A stretch of 48,679 nt of DNA from Gemmatimonadaceae bacterium (GCA_039924325.1 JBDTAZ010000033.1:1-48679); one strand, 5' to 3'; positions 33,947 to 43,096 are shown, numbered from the stretch's first letter. Translations and numbers: made by a program. The notes: generated by a model not told the origin, from the sequence alone.

Positions 33947-34663
33947 TTAATGAGCGATCGAGAACGTTAACGGCAGTTGCACTAGCTGCTTGACCTTCCT
34001 GCCACCTACTTCCGCTGGATAGAAGCGCATCTTTGGTAGTGCGCTAAGAACAGCGGCCTTGAAGAGATCATTGGTGGCCTTGGTAATCTTGATGGGCGCG
34101 GCCTGATCTACACGGCCCGTCGTATCCACCGTGAACTCGGCATCCACTTCCCCCTCGATGCCGGCACTGCGCAACGTCTCCGGATAAGCTGGCGATGGCG
34201 AGCCCGGACGAGTAGCCGCCGGCTTCTCCACCTGATAGGAGAAGTACGTCTGGTTGTCCGAAACCGGGCCCGTTCCCCCCACGACGCCGTTGGCGACGCC
34301 ACCCGCAACACCCTTTCCACTGAAGTCAGCAGCGTTCGTGACTTTCTTGGAAAGGTCGATGTCCGGAATCTTCACCGGGACTATCGGGGGCGGTTGCAGT
34401 GTCTGGAATCCCTTTGGCGGTGGCGGTGCAACCGTCACGTCCTTGGGAGGCGGGGGTGGCTCCTTTTTGGGCGGAGGCGGCTCGTCCTTCTTCACCTGGA
34501 CGAACTCGATCTTCTCAGCCTTGGTCTTCTCGTTCTTGATGGCGGCGTTAGCCGTCGCCCACACGGCGAGACCTATCAAGCCCGCGTGAAGACCGATGCT
34601 GAACGCAGTGGTACCCGCGCTGCGCTTCGTCTTGCGTTTCGATTCGATTAGCTGGTTGAACAT
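33947..34663 (-). CDS. tonB: Energy transducer TonB
   Basis: 238 aa with anchor FSIGLHAGLIGLAVW, a KKEPPPPPK proline spacer, and C-terminal YPETLRSAGIEGEVDAEFTVDTTGRVD...RFYPAEVGGRKVKQLV. Confidence 0.8.
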   Translation of the reverse strand: MFNQLIESKRKTKRSAGTTAFSIGLHAGLIGLAVWATANAAIKNEKTKAEKIEFVQVKKDEPPPPKKEPPPPPKDVTVAPPPPKGFQTLQPPPIVPVKIPDIDLSKKVTNAADFSGKGVAGGVANGVVGGTGPVSDNQTYFSYQVEKPAATRPGSPSPAYPETLRSAGIEGEVDAEFTVDTTGRVDQAAPIKITKATNDLFKAAVLSALPKMRFYPAEVGGRKVKQLVQLPLTFSIAH

Positions 34664-34768
34664 TGCGGCAGCAAGCTCCTCAGAATGACCAGGAGGAAGA
34701 ATACAGCCGGAGTATTAAGCAGGAATGGCCAGAAGATTAAGCTTCGGTTAATTCACCCCGAGCCCGAT

Positions 34769-36244
34769 TCACTCAGGCGGTATTTCCAGCTCATCGACGG
34801 TCACGCGATCCGCCACATCCAGCGGAAGCGTCAGTGTGAACAACGATCCTTTTCCAAGCCGCGATTGTACAGTGAGCGAACCCCCGTGTGCCTGCGCGAT
34901 CCACTGACTGATTGCGAGCCCGAGTCCGAATCCACCCCGTTCAGCTGTGCGCGATCGCACTCGATCTGCGCGCCAGAACCGTTCAAAAATCTGCGGCAGG
35001 TCGGCCGCGGCAATACCTACTCCGGTGTCGCGCACAGCGAACGTAACGTTGTCAGGATGGCGACCGAGTCCAAGGTCCACTCGGCCACCTGCGGGCGTGT
35101 ACTTGATCGCATTCGTTACAAGATTCAGTAGCAACTGCCTGAGTCGTGTACGATCTCCGGCAATGGATACTTCGGCAGAGAACGGCATGTTCACGGCGAC
35201 ACCTGCGGCTTCGCCGAGTATCAATGCCGTCTCGTATACTTCGAGCGCGAGAGCGGCGAGGTCGACACGTTCGCGATAGAGATCGAACCTGCCTTCGTCG
35301 GCGCGAGCGAGCGTTAGCAGGCTCTCGACCAAATCGGCCATGCGCGTGGTTTCGTGCAGCGCCTCCTCGAGCGCGACGAGTCGATCGTCCTTGCGCGTGT
35401 TGGAGCTCATAGCGCGTTCGACATCCGCGCGCAGAACGGCGAGCGGCGTCTTCAACTCATGGCTCGCGTCGGCGGTGAATCTGCGCAGTGCGGCGAACGA
35501 AGTCTCGAGCCGCGCGATCATGGAGTTTAGCGTCAGTATGAGGGCCGCAACCTCCGGACTGGCTTCGTCATCGGATAATCGTCGGTGCAGGCTTCGACCG
35601 TCGGTGATGTCAGCGACGCCGCGACGCACCTGTTCGATGCGTCGAAACGTGCCACCAAGGACGAGCCACATCCCCCACGACGCAAGCGCGATGACAACCG
35701 GCATCACGGCAAAAATCGTCGTTGCCAGTTCCGCCGGGAGATTCTGTGCCCCGCGCACTCGCACTCCCGCTACTACTCTGGAGATACCAGTCGTGGTGTC
35801 GGCGATTGCATGCGCAACGAACAGGACCCGCTCATTGCCAATCGTGATGACACCGGCCGGTCCGTCGTTTGGCAGATCCGCGATTCCACGCTGCAAGGTC
35901 GCCCAGTCAGTATCAGGGAGATCGGCCGCATCCGCAGAAGTGTAGACCGCGTTCGCCCTGCGGCTGACTAATACAAGGAATCCGGGAACGATATCGAGCC
36001 GCTCGGCGGCGTTCCGCGAAATCGTCTCGAGATTGGACGAATCCCGGATGACGATTGGTTCACGGCTCCGCGAAGACTGCGCAATGATGCGCATCGCGAG
36101 ATCCGCGTCGGCGAGGGCCTCACGTCCGATAGCGCTATACGCCCCCGCCGTTCGAGATGCAGACACAGCGACTGCAAGCGCGGCGCCCGTCACGATCATT
36201 GCGGCCGTGAAAACCAGCGTCAGCTTGAGCCGGGCTCGAATCAT
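34769..36244 (-). CDS. Sensor histidine kinase (two TMs, HAMP, HisKA, HATPase_c)
   Basis: 491 aa with H-box FTADASHELKTPLAVL, N-box LLLNLVTNAIKYT, G-boxes VRDTGVGI and GGFGLGLAIS. 4-nt overlap with the upstream RR stop. Confidence 0.85.
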   Translation of the reverse strand: MIRARLKLTLVFTAAMIVTGAALAVAVSASRTAGAYSAIGREALADADLAMRIIAQSSRSREPIVIRDSSNLETISRNAAERLDIVPGFLVLVSRRANAVYTSADAADLPDTDWATLQRGIADLPNDGPAGVITIGNERVLFVAHAIADTTTGISRVVAGVRVRGAQNLPAELATTIFAVMPVVIALASWGMWLVLGGTFRRIEQVRRGVADITDGRSLHRRLSDDEASPEVAALILTLNSMIARLETSFAALRRFTADASHELKTPLAVLRADVERAMSSNTRKDDRLVALEEALHETTRMADLVESLLTLARADEGRFDLYRERVDLAALALEVYETALILGEAAGVAVNMPFSAEVSIAGDRTRLRQLLLNLVTNAIKYTPAGGRVDLGLGRHPDNVTFAVRDTGVGIAAADLPQIFERFWRADRVRSRTAERGGFGLGLAISQWIAQAHGGSLTVQSRLGKGSLFTLTLPLDVADRVTVDELEIPPE

Positions 36245-36909
36245 CCGCGCACAACGTAACCAACACCGCGCACGGTCGAGATCAGCTTCTTCTCGTGGTC
36301 GGCGTCAATCTTCTTGCGCAGGTGGTTGATCACGACATCCACGATGTTGGTGCCGGGATCGAAATGGTAACCCCACGCGTACTCGGTGATCAGGGTACGA
36401 CTCATGACGCGACCGTGGTGTCGCATGAGATACTCGAGTACCGTGTATTCCTTGGGCGTCAGCTCGATCAGCGTCTTGCCTCGGTGCACCTCGCGAGTAT
36501 CAACATCGAGTGTGAGATCCGCCACCTGAATGAGCGGAGCCGCCATCGCAGCGGGACGACGTGCAAGCGCCTCCACGCGCGCGAGCAACTCCTCGAACGC
36601 AAATGGCTTGGTGACGTAGTCGTCCGCGCCGGCACGCAGCGTCTGCACCTTTGCGTCCACTGCGTCCTGGGCGGTTAGAACCAGCACCGGCCGCTGAAAG
36701 TGTCTCGCGCGGAGATCATGCAGAACTTCCATCCCCGATTTACCGGGAAGCCGCATGTCGAGGACTATGAGATCGTAGTCGCCCGTCAGCGCGAGCGACT
36801 CTCCCTCATTTCCATTTTCCACTAGATCCACTGTCCAGCGCTGCTCCTCAAGTCCTCGCTTGACGAACTGACCAACGGTCGGATCGTCTTCGATTACGAG
36901 GATCTTCAT
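36241..36909 (-). CDS. OmpR-family response regulator
   Basis: Track ORF trimmed to ATG 36909 (MKILVIEDD), which overlaps the upstream stop as ATGA. Receiver region is DLIVLDMRLPGKSG and the winged helix is LTPKEYTVLEYL...ISTVRGVGYVV. Confidence 0.88.
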   Translation of the reverse strand: MKILVIEDDPTVGQFVKRGLEEQRWTVDLVENGNEGESLALTGDYDLIVLDMRLPGKSGMEVLHDLRARHFQRPVLVLTAQDAVDAKVQTLRAGADDYVTKPFAFEELLARVEALARRPAAMAAPLIQVADLTLDVDTREVHRGKTLIELTPKEYTVLEYLMRHHGRVMSRTLITEYAWGYHFDPGTNIVDVVINHLRKKIDADHEKKLISTVRGVGYVVRG

Positions 36910-38246
36910 CCCTCCGGACGCACCCGCGCAAGTTTGCGCTTCCGTGGCCGATGAAAACCGAACTCGCGCATCTTTCGATACAGAGTCTTGGTCGAGATGC
37001 CCAGCGCCTCCGCGGCTCGTCCCTGGTGCCAATGAAATCGTACTAGCATGGCTTCAATATGCAGCTTTTCCAGGTCGGAAAGGGGCGCTCCCCTCCCTTC
37101 GACGCCGACCGCGCCAGTCGCCAGCAGCAGTCTGAGGTCGCCCGCCGATATGTTTTCCCGTGTGGCCAGCAGCGCGCAGCGGGCGAGAACCACGCTCAGC
37201 TCGCGGACGTTGCCCGGCCAGCTGTACGATGAAAGCACGTCGATCGCCTCAGGCGCGATCGTGTGTACCGGCCCGACCTGGCTCCCAAGCAATTCTTCCG
37301 CGAGGGACGAGAGATCCTCGTGTCGAAGCCTCAGCGGCGGAACACTGAGCCGGACCGCGCCCTCAACTTTCGCGAACGCATCGCGAGCGTTCTCATCCAT
37401 GCAGAGGATCAGTCGCGAAGTCAACGGAACTCGTTCGCTCCCACCAGCGCGAATGAACGACTTCTCCACAAGGACGGACTCCAGCGCGCTCGCACCGTCA
37501 GCACTCAGCGAATCGACGTCTATCACTGTTGTACCGCGATCGGCCGCAAGGAACGCTCCGGCCGGCGTCGGGCCACCAGACGGCGCCCCCTGACGTCCGA
37601 CAAGCGCTGCGGCATCCGTCAACTCGCCGGCGGTACGCCGTATTTCTATGAGCGAATCGCGCACTCTTCCAGACAGCGCATGGATGTAGCGCGCGAGATG
37701 GCTCTTGCCGCTCCCGCGCTCGCCCTGAATAATCACAGGAACGTCCGTCCGCGCGATCTCCGCAACTGTATCCAGCACGTTCGCCATCATTGTGTTCCTG
37801 CTGCTCATCACAGATGGCAGGGGGTGCGAGCGCGAGCGCAACATCACGTTCGCCTTCCCCAACTCCCGTTTCTCCCAGGCGCGGCGGACCATTACGTCAA
37901 TCTCGGCCATGCGATACGGCTTCGAGATGTAATCGTACGCCCCAAGCTTGATGGCGGTGATCGCGGTATCGATCGTGCCATTACCCGTGATGATGATCAC
38001 CTCGGGAGGAGCTGGCTCGTTCTGCAGATGACGCAGGACTTCAAGTCCGTCCATTTGCGGCATCACGATGTCGATCAACGCAACGTCGTACGGAACAGCA
38101 TGCAGCTCGGTCAGGGCGGCGCGTCCGTCACGGCACATCGTTACCGTGTATCCTCGGCCGCGTAAAAAGTGCTCGAGAATCGCGCCAAGATGCTCTTCGT
38201 CTTCAGCGATAAGAACGCGAATCGGAGCTCCATGTTCGGAACTCAT
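36906..38246 (-). CDS. NtrC-like response regulator (receiver + AAA+ + Fis-type HTH) with a degenerate sigma54-interaction region
   Basis: 446 aa with receiver VLIAEDEE...DVALIDIVMPQMDG, Walker A GERGSGKS and HTH AAEALGISTKTLYRKMREFG. The ESELFGHEKGAFTGA block is replaced by AAALVGRQGAPSGGPTPAGAF, and the Walker B region reads TTVIDVDSL. Confidence 0.8.
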   Translation of the reverse strand: MSSEHGAPIRVLIAEDEEHLGAILEHFLRGRGYTVTMCRDGRAALTELHAVPYDVALIDIVMPQMDGLEVLRHLQNEPAPPEVIIITGNGTIDTAITAIKLGAYDYISKPYRMAEIDVMVRRAWEKRELGKANVMLRSRSHPLPSVMSSRNTMMANVLDTVAEIARTDVPVIIQGERGSGKSHLARYIHALSGRVRDSLIEIRRTAGELTDAAALVGRQGAPSGGPTPAGAFLAADRGTTVIDVDSLSADGASALESVLVEKSFIRAGGSERVPLTSRLILCMDENARDAFAKVEGAVRLSVPPLRLRHEDLSSLAEELLGSQVGPVHTIAPEAIDVLSSYSWPGNVRELSVVLARCALLATRENISAGDLRLLLATGAVGVEGRGAPLSDLEKLHIEAMLVRFHWHQGRAAEALGISTKTLYRKMREFGFHRPRKRKLARVRPEG

Positions 38247-39820
38247 GCTTCCTCCACGGGGAGCAGGATTGTAAAGCGAGTTCCCTTGCCCGGCTCGCTT
38301 GAGACTTCGATGCGCCCGCCATGGTCCGCAACGATTCCATGACAGATGGCCAGTCCGAGTCCAGTGCCGCGGCCCGGTTCCTTGGTCGTGTAGAACGGTT
38401 CGAATATCCTCGCCATCTCGCCCCGCGACATGCCACTTCCCTCGTCCTGAACCTCGATCACGACGTGCTTCGCGCCGCGTGGAGCCGGACGCGTCCTGAC
38501 AAGCACACGTCCATACTGCGGCATTGCGTCGGCGGCATTCATTAGAAGCGCAATCATCACCTGAATCAATTGCTCCGAACTGGCGTGAACGCTCTTGAGC
38601 TCCGTTCCCAGCTCGGCTTGCACGGTGAGTTGCTTGAACCGAGCGTGATGCTTGAGCAGGAACAACGCCCGCTCGACGACCGTATTCACCTGAAGCGAAA
38701 CGCGTTCCTGCGCGCGCGGCCGACTGAAGTCGAGCAGTCCGTCGATGATGCGCTTGCAGCGCTGAACCTCGCTCTCGATAATCTTGAGGTACTCGGGCTC
38801 GCCTTCAGCGGTCTTGGTATCCATCGCCATCGACTCTGCACACGCCGCGATGGTTGCGAGCGGATTGTTTATCTCGTGCATGATTCCCGCCGCAAGCCGG
38901 CCAATGGCAGCAAGCTTCTCGCTCTGCGCAACCAGCTCGCGCGCTTCGACCCAATCGGTGATGTCCTCACCTATAGTAATGATGTGCGTCACTTCCCCGC
39001 GCGCATCGCGAATAGGGATCTTGGACAACCTGTAAGTGCGAAGCGAACCGCTCGCGCTTGATTCAGTCTGAAACTGCTGCGTCTTGCCGGTGGCAAATAC
39101 TTCATCGAACTCTCGCCGGACGACCTCTCCCGGCTGGCGATGAAGGATCTCGAAGATCGTCTTTCCGATCGCCTCTTCACGGGACACGCCCTGCATCCCG
39201 GTCTCGCGCTTGCGATTCCATACAGTGATCCGGTAATCGCGATCTATTACATAGAGGCCCAGCGGCAGCAGATCCAGCACGGTCTCGGTGAACCGTTTCT
39301 GCTCCTGCACTTCGCGCATACGAACCTGGAGGTCGCTCTCGAGCCGGCGACTCCGTTCTGAATTGGCGACAAAAGCAGCAATCAATGCCGCCAATGCCTC
39401 GAGGAATCGCTCAACAGGCTCCCCAACATCGGCCTGAAAGCGCGCGATGAGAACTCCAACCCGTCGAGGGCCGAAAGACATCTCACGTGCGACGGCGTCG
39501 TGTGTCGCACCCGCGAGCGCTGCGCCGACTTCCTCGAGCGAAGCCTCGTCCGACCCGGCGCCCCAGGTTCGCGTGAGCACACCGGCCACATCGAGCCAGA
39601 CGGCTAGCTCAGTTGCACCGACAGTCACGTGAGCGCGTTCCAGGACGTCCTGCGCGACCAGCTCCGTAGGCCTGGCATCCGTGAGGCTAACCGCGATGTC
39701 CGCAAGCGCGGCAATCAGCGTGGCTGAATCGGTGTCGTCTGACAGAGTTGCTGTGCTTGAGTTTGGGCGTGCTTTCATGACAAGGTCACTTCCATGGCTG
39801 ACGTCTTGGGCGCGGATCAA
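38243..39820 (-). CDS. Cytoplasmic sensor histidine kinase (N-terminal sensory region, PAS-like, HisKA, HATPase_c)
   Basis: 525 aa with H-box MHEINNPLATI and G-boxes VQDEGSGM and GTGLGLAICHGI. No obvious TM. The ORF-track start at 39820 is TTG; ATG 39778 (MKARPNS) is an alternative. Confidence 0.85.
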   Translation of the reverse strand: MIRAQDVSHGSDLVMKARPNSSTATLSDDTDSATLIAALADIAVSLTDARPTELVAQDVLERAHVTVGATELAVWLDVAGVLTRTWGAGSDEASLEEVGAALAGATHDAVAREMSFGPRRVGVLIARFQADVGEPVERFLEALAALIAAFVANSERSRRLESDLQVRMREVQEQKRFTETVLDLLPLGLYVIDRDYRITVWNRKRETGMQGVSREEAIGKTIFEILHRQPGEVVRREFDEVFATGKTQQFQTESSASGSLRTYRLSKIPIRDARGEVTHIITIGEDITDWVEARELVAQSEKLAAIGRLAAGIMHEINNPLATIAACAESMAMDTKTAEGEPEYLKIIESEVQRCKRIIDGLLDFSRPRAQERVSLQVNTVVERALFLLKHHARFKQLTVQAELGTELKSVHASSEQLIQVMIALLMNAADAMPQYGRVLVRTRPAPRGAKHVVIEVQDEGSGMSRGEMARIFEPFYTTKEPGRGTGLGLAICHGIVADHGGRIEVSSEPGKGTRFTILLPVEEA

Positions 39821-39976
39821 TCATAGGACAGGATGACCGATCATTTGGTAACGCTCGAATTTCGGTCATCGCCATGTCCCAGTATGACCAGGATACGATG
39901 CAGAACGATCGTTCGAACGCCTTTTCCCCCTCCAAACGCGCTTCAGCGACTTTGGAGCAACCAGCCTACTCGTAGC

Positions 39977-40019
39977 AAAAAAGCAGAACAGCCAGGACCG
40001 GGGTCCAGGCTGTTCTGCT
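39977..40019 (-). terminator. Rho-independent terminator downstream of the ornithine aminotransferase gene
   Basis: Arms AGCAGAACAGCCAGGAC (39982..39998) and GTCCAGGCTGTTCTGCT (40003..40019) pair with one central mismatch. On the minus strand the stem is followed by TTTTTT (plus-strand A-run 39977..39982). It lies 23 nt after the stop at 40042. Confidence 0.75.
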
Positions 40020-40041
40020 TTCTCGCAATGCCGAACTCGAC

Positions 40042-41295
40042 CTACTTCGAGGCGAATACCGCCCGAAGCTGCACCAGCGCCCACTCGAGGTCTTCCCGCG
40101 ACGTAACGAGCGGGGGCGAAAGACGGATAACGTGATCGTGGGTTTCCTTGCACAGCATTCCGAGCTCCATGAGCGCTTCGCAGTAGGTACGCGCTGGGAT
40201 GTGCAGTTCGATACCGACCATGAGGCCGCGACCGCGTACGGACTTGATGTCCGGATGGCGAATCGCTGCGACCTGTGACTGGAACCACGCGCCAAGGTCC
40301 GCCGAGCGCTCGACAAGCTTCTCGTCGGTGAGTACATGAATGGCGGTACGAGCAACCGCGCATCCGAGCGGATTTCCACCGAAGGTGCTGCCGTGGGTAC
40401 CTGGGCGGAATACGCCGAGTACTTCGTGGCTCGACACAACCGCGGATACCGGGTAGAAGCCGCCGGCGAGTGCCTTGCCGAGTATGTAGACGTCCGGCTT
40501 CACGTTCTCATGATCGCAGGCGAACATGCGACCCGTGCGTCCAAGCCCGGTCTGAATTTCGTCGGCCATGAACAGGACGTTGTTACTGCTGCAGAGTTCC
40601 GAAGCGGCGCGGAGATAGCCATCCGGCGGAATCAGTATTCCTGCTTCGCACTGAATCGGCTCCATCAAGACTGCGCACGTATTCGGCGTGATCGCGCCGC
40701 GCAACGCATCGATGTCGCCGAACGGAATCAGCCTGAAGCCAGGAGTGAACGGGCCGAAGCCAGCGCGGTACGACGGCTCCGACGAGAATCCAACTATTGT
40801 AGTCGTGCGACCGTGGAAGTTGTTGTCGAACACAACAATTTCGGCGAGACCGTCAGGAATTCCCTTCTTTTCGTAACCCCAACGTCTGGCGGCCTTGATG
40901 GCGGTTTCAACGGCCTCTGCGCCGGTGTTCATCGGGAGCACCGATTCCATTCCGCAAAGGGTGGCGACTTCCTCGCAGAACAGCGGAAGCTGCTCGTTGC
41001 GGAACGCGCGCGATGTAAGTGTAACGCGGTGCATCTGCTCGGCCATCGTCGCCATGATACGCGGATGGCAGTGTCCCTGATTCAGTGCGGAGTACGCGCT
41101 CAGGCAATCCAGGTAGCGCTTGCCATCGACATCATACACCCACGAACCGGCGGCATGTTCGACAACGATGTCGAGCGGATGATAATTGTGCGCGCCCCAC
41201 TCGTCTTCGATCGCGATGAATTCGGCGGAGGTCTTGGGGGCGGATTCGGATCTGCTGGCGACGGCTGTCATACGGAATTGCGGCTGAGGTGGCAC
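40042..41295 (-). CDS. rocD: Ornithine--oxo-acid aminotransferase (class-III PLP aminotransferase)
   Basis: 417 aa with [60 protein letters not shown] and STFGGNPL. The start could also be ATG 41271. Confidence 0.82.
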   Translation of the reverse strand: MPPQPQFRMTAVASRSESAPKTSAEFIAIEDEWGAHNYHPLDIVVEHAAGSWVYDVDGKRYLDCLSAYSALNQGHCHPRIMATMAEQMHRVTLTSRAFRNEQLPLFCEEVATLCGMESVLPMNTGAEAVETAIKAARRWGYEKKGIPDGLAEIVVFDNNFHGRTTTIVGFSSEPSYRAGFGPFTPGFRLIPFGDIDALRGAITPNTCAVLMEPIQCEAGILIPPDGYLRAASELCSSNNVLFMADEIQTGLGRTGRMFACDHENVKPDVYILGKALAGGFYPVSAVVSSHEVLGVFRPGTHGSTFGGNPLGCAVARTAIHVLTDEKLVERSADLGAWFQSQVAAIRHPDIKSVRGRGLMVGIELHIPARTYCEALMELGMLCKETHDHVIRLSPPLVTSREDLEWALVQLRAVFASK

Positions 41296-41353
41296 TGTAT
41301 CTAGAAATCTCGCACGATGCTTAATCTTAGTTTAAGTGTTGCACAATTGAAAC

Positions 41354-41399
41354 AACGCTTCACTCGGCGTGCATAATTATGCACGCCGAGTGAAGCGTT
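41354..41399. terminator. 46-bp perfect palindrome between the phosphatase-family gene and rocD (hairpin terminator or operator)
   Basis: AACGCTTCACTCGGCGTGCATAA|TTATGCACGCCGAGTGAAGCGTT has 23-nt perfectly complementary arms centred at 41376/41377. It starts 2 nt after the stop at 41401 and lies about 60 nt upstream of the rocD start. Confidence 0.6.
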
Positions 41400-41400
41400 T

Positions 41401-42504
41401 CTAATTTCTGCGCATCGGGAGTGGCGCCGCAGCGGCGGGAGACCCCGCCCTGTAGTTCTCGCCCAACAGCTCCGCGATCGTCGCGGCAATCTGCGACTGC
41501 GTCACTTGCGCGGATCCTTTCAGTTCGCCGAGTGAATGCGTGTCGGGGCCGATTACGGCGATCCAGATCGACTCGGCGCCCGCGACGTCCGCACCGTGAT
41601 CCGTCCATGCTTCGAGCCCACTGCCGCGACCGTGATCCGCTGTGATGATGAACGTCGTGGAATCACGGTACTGCGGCATTTGCTGCATCTGATTCCACAA
41701 TTCCGACACAAACTGGTCGAACTGGTGTGCGGAACGGAGAACCATGTCGTACCGGCCCGCGTGCGCCCATTCATCGGTCTCACCGTAGCCAACGAACATC
41801 ACGCGTGGTTGCTCGCGTGCAACGTAGTCGGTCACCTCGCCCTGCATGAAGGAATCGTACGCCAGATCATCCCACATGCGTGTTGTCGTTGCGTATAGAT
41901 GTGTCAGCAACGAATCGCGAGCAGTCGGCGGATTCGTCGTGGGCGGAGCGTCGAACGCGGCCCAGATCGGGAGCTGACTGCGTTTCCGATTGAAGATATC
42001 GGCGAACTCGTCCCATGTCCCAAACACCGCGACGTGGCCGGCGAACGCGGGACGCGTGTTGAGCCATTCGAAAACGCTGACATTCGGATTCGGCCCCGCG
42101 CTATTGCTGTTGATGCGCGGATCCGGGTGCCCGGTAATCATTTCATTGTAGCCCGGATACGAGAACTTGAATCCGTTCGTAACATCCGCGTAGCTGTGGA
42201 GTGCGCGGTTGCCAAATATCTCGCCCCGCTTCGCAACCACATTCCAGATGAACGGAAATAGCGCGTCACGAGAAGCGGACTGTGTCTCGCGCGAAAACGC
42301 ACGCCCTAGTCCTGCCGTGTCCTGAACATGACCGAACTTGCGGTTCATCAGCGATTCGTCGGCACCGTTGAACACTTCCTGCCATCGCAGTCCATCGGAC
42401 ACGATGAGAACCACGTTTCTGGTACGGTGGGCCGATTGGGCCGACGCGCGCAACGGCATCACAGCGAGACTCGCGATGCACAGGAGCATCAGGTAGGGTT
42501 TCAT
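41401..42504 (-). CDS. Secreted alkaline-phosphatase-superfamily enzyme (phosphodiesterase/nucleotide pyrophosphatase-like)
   Basis: Track ORF trimmed to ATG 42504 (MKPYLMLLCIASLAVMPLRASA signal); ATG 42516 is also possible. Motifs: NVVLIVSDGLRWQE (metal/nucleophile region), GYGETDEWAH, ITADHGRG. Confidence 0.7.
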   Translation of the reverse strand: MKPYLMLLCIASLAVMPLRASAQSAHRTRNVVLIVSDGLRWQEVFNGADESLMNRKFGHVQDTAGLGRAFSRETQSASRDALFPFIWNVVAKRGEIFGNRALHSYADVTNGFKFSYPGYNEMITGHPDPRINSNSAGPNPNVSVFEWLNTRPAFAGHVAVFGTWDEFADIFNRKRSQLPIWAAFDAPPTTNPPTARDSLLTHLYATTTRMWDDLAYDSFMQGEVTDYVAREQPRVMFVGYGETDEWAHAGRYDMVLRSAHQFDQFVSELWNQMQQMPQYRDSTTFIITADHGRGSGLEAWTDHGADVAGAESIWIAVIGPDTHSLGELKGSAQVTQSQIAATIAELLGENYRAGSPAAAAPLPMRRN

Positions 42505-42660
42505 GTTTGGTCTCATAGCGGCGAAACATACGGCGGCCAGTCGGGCGTTGCCCAAACGCGGGCCTCGCGGCCTTGCTGGCATCGGGGCATAGCCCGCGCC
42601 CTGTACCTTCATAATGAAAACGGTCCGGTCGGCAAGTGTCGAATGCCCCTAAAAGCTCTC

Positions 42661-42702
42661 TTGACAGCACCGGCAGGCGCAATTACTATCGAGTTAGTAC
42701 TA
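42661..42702 (+). promoter_or_regulatory. Near-consensus sigma70-type promoter plus palindromic candidate operator upstream of the blaI-like gene
   Basis: TTGACA (42661..42666), 17 nt, TACTAT (42684..42689). The palindrome TAGTACTA (42695..42702) lies at the predicted transcript start. TTAGTA is repeated at 42694 and 42708. AGGAG lies 7 nt before GTG 42725. Confidence 0.55.
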
Positions 42703-42724
42703 CACCCTTAGTAGGAGCGAGACC

Positions 42725-43096
42725 GTGCAGCGTCTGACACCGCGCGAAATCGAGCTAATGAACGTGCTGTGGGAGCGGGGTCCTAGTACCGTCGCCGAGG
42801 TAAGGGATGCGCTGGACGATGGATCGGCGTACACAACCATCCTGACGTTGTTGCGACTCCTCGAGGAAAAGGGGCACGTCGCACGCGAGGCGGAGGGGCG
42901 AGCGCATCGATATGGCGCCCTCGTCGATCGCGATCGAGCGAGTTCCAGCGCGATTGACCGCGTGCTCGGGCAGTTCTTCAGTGGTTCCCCGGAGGAGCTG
43001 TTGACGCAGATGGTATCGGATCACGATCTGGACGACGCGACGTTGCGTCGCCTGCGGAAGCTCTTGGACGAACGCCTCGAGGAGAACTCGAAATGA
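42725..43096 (+). CDS. BlaI/MecI/CopY-family transcriptional repressor
   Basis: 123 aa: LTPREIELMNVLWERGPSTVAEVRDAL....AYTTILTLLRLLEEKGHV. GTG start. 4-nt overlap with the downstream gene. Confidence 0.88.
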   Translation: MQRLTPREIELMNVLWERGPSTVAEVRDALDDGSAYTTILTLLRLLEEKGHVAREAEGRAHRYGALVDRDRASSSAIDRVLGQFFSGSPEELLTQMVSDHDLDDATLRRLRKLLDERLEENSK

